Notes under the pieces: generated by a model
The model's input: the letters and a program-made list of their open reading frames with translations, nothing else
Databases searched by the model: none
Told to the model about the DNA's origin: nothing
Part shown: one piece after another, positions 33,819-40,704 of the stretch
How positions within the stretch are numbered: the first letter of the stretch is position 1
How the letters are laid out: each line of letters begins with the position of its first letter
IMG/VR virus record: IMGVR_UViG_2049941000_000050
Strand: one strand, 5' to 3'
From: an uncultured virus (IMG/VR IMGVR_UViG_2049941000_000050)
Taxonomy: Duplodnaviria > Heunggongvirae > Uroviricota > Caudoviricetes
Length of the DNA: 64,000 bases
Program-made: the position numbers and the translations under genes

Positions 33819-35173
33819 GGCGAAGGAAACGCAACCTTCTTCAGAGGTTGCGATGAATTCGCCATCTCCTTTCAATATATTATACCACTTGAAAATATTT
33901 TGTAACGTTGCTCATTCATAATGAAGTTTCTCAGTAAAATTGTGTAAATAATATTGTAATGAGAACATACAAGGTCAAATTGGAATTCGAGAACCAGAAT
34001 GTCAAGGACTTCTGGAAGAAACGCATTTGCCTTGTACAAGATTGCTACAACTACGCTTCCAACATCACCTTCAACGAGAAGGTTCAACTTGGTCTGAAGT
34101 CAGTTCATAGTAGACTATATTATGAACTCAGAGGCAGGTTCAAGGAACTTCCTTCTCAGATATGCATTCAAGTTGAACGGGCATTGATTGCGAACTACAA
34201 GTCGGTTCGTTCCAATGGACACCACTTGGACAAGCCAATTCAGATGAAGCATCCTGCAATCCAGCTCGACAAAAGGTTGTTCAGCAATCTTACAAGAGAG
34301 TCCTTCAAGTTGAGCAATGGAGATGGCAATCACAGGTCAGAAGTCAGATTCGTGACATATCCCAAGTTCGACCAATTGGCTGAGATGTACAAAATGTGCG
34401 ACCCAAAGCTGACCTACGATGTTGAAACTGACGTATTCCATGCTTGCGTTCCATTCCTCGACATCCCACCAACTCCACACGAAGACAGTTATATTGGAGT
34501 TGACCTTGGCGTGAAGAGATTGGCTACGCTTTCTGATGGCACATCTTACTGCGACAAGGAATACCTTGCGAATAGGAGAAGGATTCGACACAACAAGAGG
34601 ATGCTTCAATCCAAGAAGAAACACTCTCATTCTGCAAGGACGAAGTTGAAGAAGCTTCGTCGAAAGGAAGCCAATGTCTCCAAGAACACGTGCCACCATC
34701 TCGCCAATGCAATTCTGAAGCATCGTGGTTCTGTGGTGGTGATGGAGGACTTGACGAAAATCAAGCAAAGTACATCAAAGACGAAAGAAGGGTTCAAGAG
34801 AAAGCGTCACAACAACATGCTCTCTCAAGTTCAGTTCTATTTGATAAGACAGATTTTGACCTACAAGGCACTACTCAGGGGAAAGCGAGTAGAAACAGTT
34901 TCGCCCGAATACACATCCAGACAAGATTGCAGATATGGGTCTGGAGTTGGATGTAAACGTCAAGGGTGTAGGTTCTATACCAAAGATGGAATGGTGTTCG
35001 ATGCAGATTGGAATGCATCTATAAACATCATGAATCGGTATAAACACTCCACTTCGTTTGAGTTGCCTATTGATGGCAAGTTGAACTTGGTGAACAGGTT
35101 GCTTCAACCAACCAATAGTTCCGTGAGCAATCACAGAGCAATCTCAACGGTCTTCAGCCGTTGAGTAAGTTGA
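33819..35173 (+). mobile_element. TnpB-only IS200/IS605-like element 2
   Basis: Left hairpin motif 33819-33863 shared with element 1; right-end hairpin CTCAACGG-TCTTCAG-CCGTTGAG then ..TTGA. Confidence 0.72.
33959..35164 (+). CDS. tnpB: TnpB family RNA-guided nuclease (401 aa)
   Basis: GVDLG, VMEDL, YTSR.DC, DADWNASIN. Confidence 0.92.
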   Translation: MRTYKVKLEFENQNVKDFWKKRICLVQDCYNYASNITFNEKVQLGLKSVHSRLYYELRGRFKELPSQICIQVERALIANYKSVRSNGHHLDKPIQMKHPAIQLDKRLFSNLTRESFKLSNGDGNHRSEVRFVTYPKFDQLAEMYKMCDPKLTYDVETDVFHACVPFLDIPPTPHEDSYIGVDLGVKRLATLSDGTSYCDKEYLANRRRIRHNKRMLQSKKKHSHSARTKLKKLRRKEANVSKNTCHHLANAILKHRGSVVVMEDLTKIKQSTSKTKEGFKRKRHNNMLSQVQFYLIRQILTYKALLRGKRVETVSPEYTSRQDCRYGSGVGCKRQGCRFYTKDGMVFDADWNASINIMNRYKHSTSFELPIDGKLNLVNRLLQPTNSSVSNHRAISTVFSR

Positions 35174-35178
35174 ATTCT

Positions 35179-35854
35179 GTTTCATCTTCCGCGTACGTGA
35201 GAGTTGCAACGCGGAGCTAATACTCCCATCCTCAGACTATTAGGGTTTCATCTTCCGCGTACGTGAGAGTTGCAACTTTCGAGATTAAAAGATACAGCTT
35301 GACAGCCGTTGTTTCATCTTCCGCGTACGTGAGAGTTGCAACGCAAAAACCACAAGCACACCTTCCACGATGGGGTTTCATCTTCCGCGTACGTGAGAGT
35401 TGCAACCAATAAGCTTGAAACTGTGACCAAGGAATTATCGGTTTCATCTTCCGCGTACGTGAGAGTTGCAACTGCGGAAAACCGGGGTNNNNNNNNNNCT
35501 CATTGATGACCCGCAAACGGCGGAATCAGCCCAGTTTCATCTTCCGCGTACGTGAGAGTTGCAACGCCCAGTTCTTTCTGGACATTCTTTAAACGGCGGT
35601 TTCATCTTCCGCGTACGTGAGAGTTGCAACTGCGGAAAACCGGGGTNNNNNNNNNNTCAGGGCTTTCGGAAGAATTTCGATTCGTTCCGGTTTCATCTTC
35701 CGCGTACGTGCGAGTTGCAACAAACCAAATCGAAAAGAAGGCTGTTGTCGGAAGATGTTTCATCTTCCGCGTACGTGCGAGTTGCAACGGAAGTAATATC
35801 AGCCAAAAACAAGCACACGGGAGTTTCATCTTCCGCGTACGTGCGAGTTGCAAC
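35179..35854 (-). CRISPR. CRISPR array 2, 10 repeats GTTGCAACTC(T/G)CACGTACGCGGAAGATGAAAC
   Basis: Repeats start at 35179, 35245, 35311, 35375, 35441, 35534, 35599, 35690, 35757 and 35823. Seven are the T variant, three the G variant. Two N gaps. Confidence 0.95.
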
Positions 35855-36144
35855 AGCGGAAAACCGGGGTTTTCACCCCGCTCTGACCCATTTCTGAATC
35901 AGTTCTGTTCTCGTCTCCGAGGACATGGCGTGGAAATCCGCCTCTATCTAATTCATTTTTGGCAAAAACCGTTAAAATTTCTGTCAAAAACTTTCTTAGA
36001 GTACTTTTTTCTTCCGCGAACCTCCCAGGAAAAACCTGTGAACTTGGGGTTCGCGGAAGACTGGCGTTAAAAAAAAACAGTTTTTAAAAAACATTTTTTC
36101 TTTCAACGCCGAGGATTGTATCACAGTGACCAACCCTTTGTCAA
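35855..36144 (-). promoter_or_regulatory. CRISPR leader with inverted repeat and sigma70 promoter
   Basis: TTGACA (36144-36139), 18 nt, TACAAT (36120-36115). 13-bp inverted repeat TCTTCCGCGAACC/GGTTCGCGGAAGA at 36010-36060. Homologous copy at 40047-40199. Confidence 0.8.
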
Positions 36145-36197
36145 GTGGATTCTGAAACTTTTTTTCTAAAAGAGTTCCAATCCAACCGACGCCAATA

Positions 36198-37634
36198 TTA
36201 TACGGCTTTCTCCCCCACTTTTTCAGATTCTAACTCTTCCATCGCCGTTTTGTAGCACTTTTTCATAGCCACGGCGCAACATTTCTTCGTGAAACCGTAT
36301 CCCTGCGCGTTGTCGACGACTGAGCCGTCTTTCTTGTTGACGATTACCCACCGCTCGTTTTCGTTCCCGTCCTTGTCTTTCAAAGCCCTTTTCTCAACGT
36401 CCAAATCCTCCGGGGTTATTCCCTCGGGAAGAGTCTTGGCAAATTTCTCGTCATTCTTTTTGTAACGCTTCGCCTCTTCGCCGCCCCTCCAGATGTTTCT
36501 GTTGCGACCACATTTCTCGATACTGATGTTATCCCGTTTAGTCAGTTCTCCCGATTCCTCTCGCTTTTTAAGCCGTTCGTTGCGCCAATGGTGGGGATAT
36601 GAACCCTGTCTCGGCTTATACTCCAGCTTCTTCGGGAACGATATGTCGTTTCGGTCCTTGAGGTGCTCCAAATCCTCGTCCGACCACACACCGGCTTTGC
36701 GACCGATTCCGATTGCTCCGTTCACGTCGGCGTTTATGAGCTTCCTCTTTCCGGTCCTCGGGTCGATTACCGACGATTCAAACAGTCCGCGCTCGACCCG
36801 CCTTCCGAGAAACTTGTGGTCCTTCCTCGCGTCCCTGCCTTTCTTCCACATCAAAAGCTCCTCTTTTGCCGCGTGGTCGGTCTTCGAGGTATAAGATTCT
36901 TCAATCTCTTCGAGAAGAATCCCGGCATCCTCGCATTTGTACTTGAGTTTTTCAATCAGTTTTTTGTGGGGCATCTGCGCAAATTTCTGGTTGTTCTTTT
37001 TGCCCATGTTCGATTCATTTTTCCAGTCCTTGTTGTACCCGACAACAATTTTTCCGATGTCGTTGTCTAAAGCCCACTTGACGATTCTTATCGAGACGTA
37101 ATCTAACTCGGTGTTAATCTTGTTGCCGCATTTCCGGTAGAGGTTCCGGATTCTCTCGGACGTTTTCCGCTCGCCTTTGTACTGGTGGTCGAGAACGCTC
37201 TTGAACTCGGCTATCAGCCTGTTCCGGTTCTGGAGAATCGACAGAACGGTCCCCCCGTCGATAAACATCGATTGGTCGATTTTTGTCCCGTTCGTGACGA
37301 GTGTGCAGAGCCTTTTCACACCCAAGTCAATCGAAAGAACGTTGTTTGGGTTGCATGGGTTGGTTTTGGGAATTTCTTTTTCGTAAGAGTATACGATTGC
37401 GACTTTATCCCCGCAATGGATAAGCTTAACGCTGGACTTTCTTCTTACGAACCAATTAAAATTCATAATATCCGGGACCCGCAAAACCAACGAGCCGCCG
37501 ACCGTAATCGTCCTTTTTTCGTAATTTATCCCGCTGTAATGACCGCTACCCTGGAAAAACTGAATGGTTGCGTAACTGTTAAAGATATTGTTCTCTCTGT
37601 CGTGTTTGTACTGCGGCGGGCGGGGCAACCCGTT
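36198..37634 (-). CDS. TnpB/Cas12-like RuvC protein with ~140-aa C-terminal extension; N-terminus lost in gap
   Basis: SIDLGVKRL, IVVGYNKDWK (rearranged RuvC-II type), EESYTSK, INADVNGA, then an extension including DNAQGYGF. No IS-end hairpin at the 3' end. Confidence 0.8.
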   Translation of the reverse strand, partial: NGLPRPPQYKHDRENNIFNSYATIQFFQGSGHYSGINYEKRTITVGGSLVLRVPDIMNFNWFVRRKSSVKLIHCGDKVAIVYSYEKEIPKTNPCNPNNVLSIDLGVKRLCTLVTNGTKIDQSMFIDGGTVLSILQNRNRLIAEFKSVLDHQYKGERKTSERIRNLYRKCGNKINTELDYVSIRIVKWALDNDIGKIVVGYNKDWKNESNMGKKNNQKFAQMPHKKLIEKLKYKCEDAGILLEEIEESYTSKTDHAAKEELLMWKKGRDARKDHKFLGRRVERGLFESSVIDPRTGKRKLINADVNGAIGIGRKAGVWSDEDLEHLKDRNDISFPKKLEYKPRQGSYPHHWRNERLKKREESGELTKRDNISIEKCGRNRNIWRGGEEAKRYKKNDEKFAKTLPEGITPEDLDVEKRALKDKDGNENERWVIVNKKDGSVVDNAQGYGFTKKCCAVAMKKCYKTAMEELESEKVGEKAV

Positions 37635-37879
37635 NNNNNNNNNNCAAAAATAGGAACTTCCTTTGCCTTTTAAACCGTTCACGAGATATATTATATGGAA
37701 AAAACTTCCGGAAAGAAAAAATTTTTCAGAAAAAAATTTCACGTTTTTTAAAGAAAAAGCTTGACTTTTCCGGACGTTTTTGATATAATTCGCGAAATTT
37801 TCGCCCTTCCTCTTTCAAGAAGGGTCTGAATTATACCAAAAACCCGTCAAAAAGTCAAGCTTTTTTTGGAGGAAAAACG

Positions 37880-38173
37880 TTAGTTTTTTTGAAACTTCCC
37901 GTTTCCCAGTTTAATATTATACACGTTTCTTTTGAGAAATTCTTCGGTGACGATGTTTTCCAGCTGTTTGTCCACCTCGGCTTTTGTCTGGAAGTTGTAT
38001 TTGATTGTCTTTTCGAAATTTTCCAAACCCAGTTTTCTGATGTCCCTGAGAAGAATTGGATTGTGCCCGAGATAACCGTCGTTTGGATTGTCCGTGGAGT
38101 GTTTCCCGACGTAGATTTTCCCGGTCTTTTTGTTTTTGACTTCGAAAATAATGTTGTTCTTCAGTTCCGGCAT
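37880..38173 (-). CDS. short Seg-like GIY-YIG domain protein
   Basis: IIFEV.N...GKIYVGKH..DGYLG...YNIKLG. Confidence 0.75.
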   Translation of the reverse strand: MPELKNNIIFEVKNKKTGKIYVGKHSTDNPNDGYLGHNPILLRDIRKLGLENFEKTIKYNFQTKAEVDKQLENIVTEEFLKRNVYNIKLGNGKFQKN

Positions 38174-38309
38174 ATTTTTTCTTCCTTCCTGAAATAGTTA
38201 CCCGAATAAAAAAAATCCCCCGGTATTTTTATTGGGGGATTTTAATTTTAAAATATAATTTTTAATATTATACGGATTGTTTTTAAAAAATTCCTCGGTG
38301 AGAAGCTCT

Positions 38310-39133
38310 TTAAACTTTTTTTCCATTCTCTCTTTCGTTAATATATTTTATCCAATAAATTCTGCCCAATTTCCATCCCCATCTTTCGTAATCAGACAAA
38401 TCTGTTTTGAGAATAAATTTCGATTCTTTTCCATTGTTCACCCAACAGCGAATGTGAGCTGGGTTAGACTCGTCAATTTTTTTAGGTTCAACGGCTCCCA
38501 TTCTCCACCCATTATTGAGATATTCATCAAGAAGATGTTTTTTAATCTATTTTTTTAATTTTAATTCGTTATTATGAATCCATACTGTATTATAATTTCC
38601 ATTTTTTCGCCTTTTAAGGATATTTTATTCTTTTCCCGTATTTTTTGTTTGGTTTCTTCCGTGTGATGTTTTCCTTTGAAATGATATGGATTTAAATGAA
38701 GTTTACAATTATAGAATCTATCTGGGTCGGTAGCCCATATCCGTTTTAACGCTTCGCTTATTTTCTTTCCCTTTTCTTTTCTATAATTTTCATTCGACCA
38801 GTTTAATTCTGCGGCCCTTTTAGTTCCCATATTTCGTATATCTGTGAAATTATTCTATTGACCGCCGACCCTTACATTATATGTATCTTCTCTAGAGACA
38901 AATTCTTCGTTTACTATTTCTCTTTCCTTTTGGTTCATTTCTTCAAATGAGTCGAAATCAAATAGTGTTTCCCGTTTGAAGTTTTTTCTTCCTATGATTT
39001 CAATGTCTTTAAGGAGGTCTTTTCCACTTCCGAGATATTCATCGTTTGGATTATATGTTTGATGTTGGCCGATATAGATTTTTCCATTTATTAGATTTGT
39101 AGTCTGATAAATGATGTAATGCTTTTTTTCCAT
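38310..39133 (-). CDS. Seg-like GIY-YIG homing endonuclease with NUMOD3; in-frame TAG and likely C-terminal frameshifts
   Basis: IIYQTTN..KIYIGQH. TAG at 38855-38857 joins it in frame to 38561-38830 (FKGKHHTEETKQKI). W..N..GW..G motifs follow in shifted frames. Confidence 0.72.
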
Positions 39134-39263
39134 AGTGATTTTACCTTTTTGTTAGAGAAGTCTTAGCGGAGACTTCAAAAATATTTACTGTAAAAAAAAA
39201 TCGACCACGGCTATGGAACCGTGGTCGATAATATCTTATTAGGCCGCTACCTAACAAGATTGA

Positions 39264-39612
39264 TGGTGGAGGTGAAGACGCTCTGCCCGTCTTGTCCGAT
39301 AAGCATTGGATTCGCACCCTCGTTCACGAGCTTAGCCGATAGTGGTTTTCCGCCGTTTACCACCGGCATCTTTTCGGCGGAATTTGTTTCCGTGTGTCTT
39401 GACCGGTACCGGAAACGTCTTCCGGTCAGAACTTGCCGTATGAAGGAAATCCGAAGGCTGTCAAGTTTCGCCGACGGTTCCTCGGCGGTTAAGCCGCCAT
39501 TGCCAACGAATAGTCGTCGTTTAGTTTTTTTGGCTTGTTTTTAGGAAGAACAAAGCCGTCTTCCGCTCGCGGATACGTCCAATATCCCACCGTCGAATTC
39601 TAATACACCCCC
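39264..39612 (-). ncRNA. ssrA: tmRNA; tag (A)DDYSLAMAA*
   Basis: 5' GGGGGTG..TTCGAC, 3' CACCTCC-ACCA with G3:U70; tag ORF at 39518-39489. Confidence 0.92.
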
Positions 39613-39684
39613 AGTAAAAGGGCGTTGGGTAGTCGGACTACCCAACTGTCGGTTTTTTAACGAGAAGGCCGACGTTCTCACTGG

Positions 39685-39765
39685 TTGTTGGAGTTTCATC
39701 TTCCGCGTATATGCGAGTTACAACAAAATCGCGTTTTTTCTCGCAGTTTCGCGAAGTTCCAACAA
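39685..39765 (-). repeat. solitary degenerate CRISPR repeat (39693-39724) within a long repeat/anti-repeat hairpin
   Basis: 29/32 match to the repeat. Arms TTGTTGGA/TCCAACAA, CTTCGCG/CGCGGAAG, TGCGAG/CTCGCA. Confidence 0.8.
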
Positions 39766-39769
39766 AAAA

Positions 39770-39823
39770 GGGCGGGAAGTATTTTTATTAATGCAAACAA
39801 AAAATAGGAACTTCCTTCGCCCC
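39770..39823 (-). ncRNA. short Y-RNA-like stem
   Basis: GGGCGAAGGAAGT..ACTTCCCGCCC; shares GTTCCTATTTT with 39846-39965 and 37645-37667. Confidence 0.5.
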
Positions 39824-39845
39824 GGAAATTAATTACCGAGAAATC

Positions 39846-39965
39846 GGCGGAGCGTATTTTTTCGGGTCGCTCTATCCAGTTGAGCTACGGAGCGGAAACC
39901 GTTCCGGGCGGATTCGAACCGCCAACTTACCCGTTTACCTTATTAAAATAGGAACGCTCTATGCC
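39846..39965 (-). ncRNA. YrlA-like Y RNA (circularly permuted tRNA mimic)
   Basis: Closing stem GGC-ATA-GAGCGT/ACGCTC-C-GCC; T arm GGCGG-TTCGAAT-CCGCC; closed acceptor-like stem; D arm GCTC-AACTGGATA-GAGC; TATAAT just upstream. Confidence 0.75.
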
Positions 39966-40014
39966 TTTTTCCCGGTTAATATTATACCGAAAATTTTCGC
40001 GGACATCGGGATTT

Positions 40015-40199
40015 GTTTCATTTTCCACGTACGTGTGAGTTGCAACTGCGGAAAACCGGGGTTTTCACCCCGCTCTGACCCATTTCTGAGCCGGTTCTGT
40101 CCCCGTTTCCGGGAACATGGCGTGGAAATCCGCCTCTATCTGGTCGGTTTTGGTGAAATTTGTTAAAAATCCCGTCAAAAAAACCTTCCAGAGTACTTT
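40015..40199 (-). CRISPR. single degenerate repeat (40015-40046) with a second copy of the leader
   Basis: GTTGCAACTCACACGTACGTGGAAAATGAAAC; 40047-40199 aligns with 35855-36007. Confidence 0.8.
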
Positions 40200-40245
40200 G
40201 AAGGGGCGGCGAGTTGAACCAGTTCCTCCATATCCGCATTCAAAA

Positions 40246-40335
40246 TGGTTGCAGACGGACGAGTCGCACGTCTGGACACTCTCGCGTCCTCCTGGTTATG
40301 GGCCAGGCAAGGGCACTCTCCCTTTCACGTCTGCG
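40246..40335 (-). tRNA. atypical tRNA, anticodon CAT, 8/4 fold, long variable arm, C1:A mismatch
   Basis: CGCAGACG/CGTCTGCA-ACCA; CCTGG-CCCATAA-CCAGG; V arm GGACGC-GAGA-GTGTCC; T arm GACG-TGCGACT-CGTC. Confidence 0.75.
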
Positions 40336-40343
40336 TTCTAAAC

Positions 40344-40419
40344 TGGTCTCCCAGAGAGGATTCCAACCTCCGACCCACGGCTTAGAAGGCCGTTGCTCTA
40401 TGCGCTGAGCCACTGGGAG
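40344..40419 (-). tRNA. tRNA-Arg(TCT)
   Basis: CTCCCAG/CTGGGAG-ACCA; ACGGC-CTTCTAA-GCCGT; T loop TTGGAAT. Confidence 0.9.
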
Positions 40420-40426
40420 CCGAAAA

Positions 40427-40503
40427 TGGTGCGCCCGGGGGGATTTGAACCCTCAGCCTTGCGGATAGGAGCCGCATTCTCTGTCCAGTTGAGATACGGG
40501 CGC
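40427..40503 (-). tRNA. tRNA-Arg(CCT)
   Basis: GCGCCCG/CGGGCGC-ACCA; TGCGG-CTCCTAT-CCGCA; T loop TTCAAAT. Confidence 0.92.
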
Positions 40504-40704
40504 GGAATGGTCCGGGGGATTTTTGCCGAGAGGAGAAAGGAGAAACCCTCTCTTCCCCCGGACCGGGTTGGTATGGTATGGTATGGTATGTTGGCAAAGA
40601 GCTTTTCGGGAGATTCGGAACCCCTTCTGTCCCCCAAAACGCCGACCATTCTATGGCAGACCTTTGTTTTTGTCAAGAATGAAATCGGCTTTTTTCGAAA
40701 TTTT

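Noticed and set aside
37635..37742. N-terminus of the 514-aa ORF as given in the track
   Set aside because: It reads through a promoter, a Y-RNA-like motif and an N gap; the true start is unknown.
40198..40237. Opal or amber suppressor tRNA
   Set aside because: Only a 5' half with an ambiguous anticodon register; no CTA-anticodon tRNA was found in the window.
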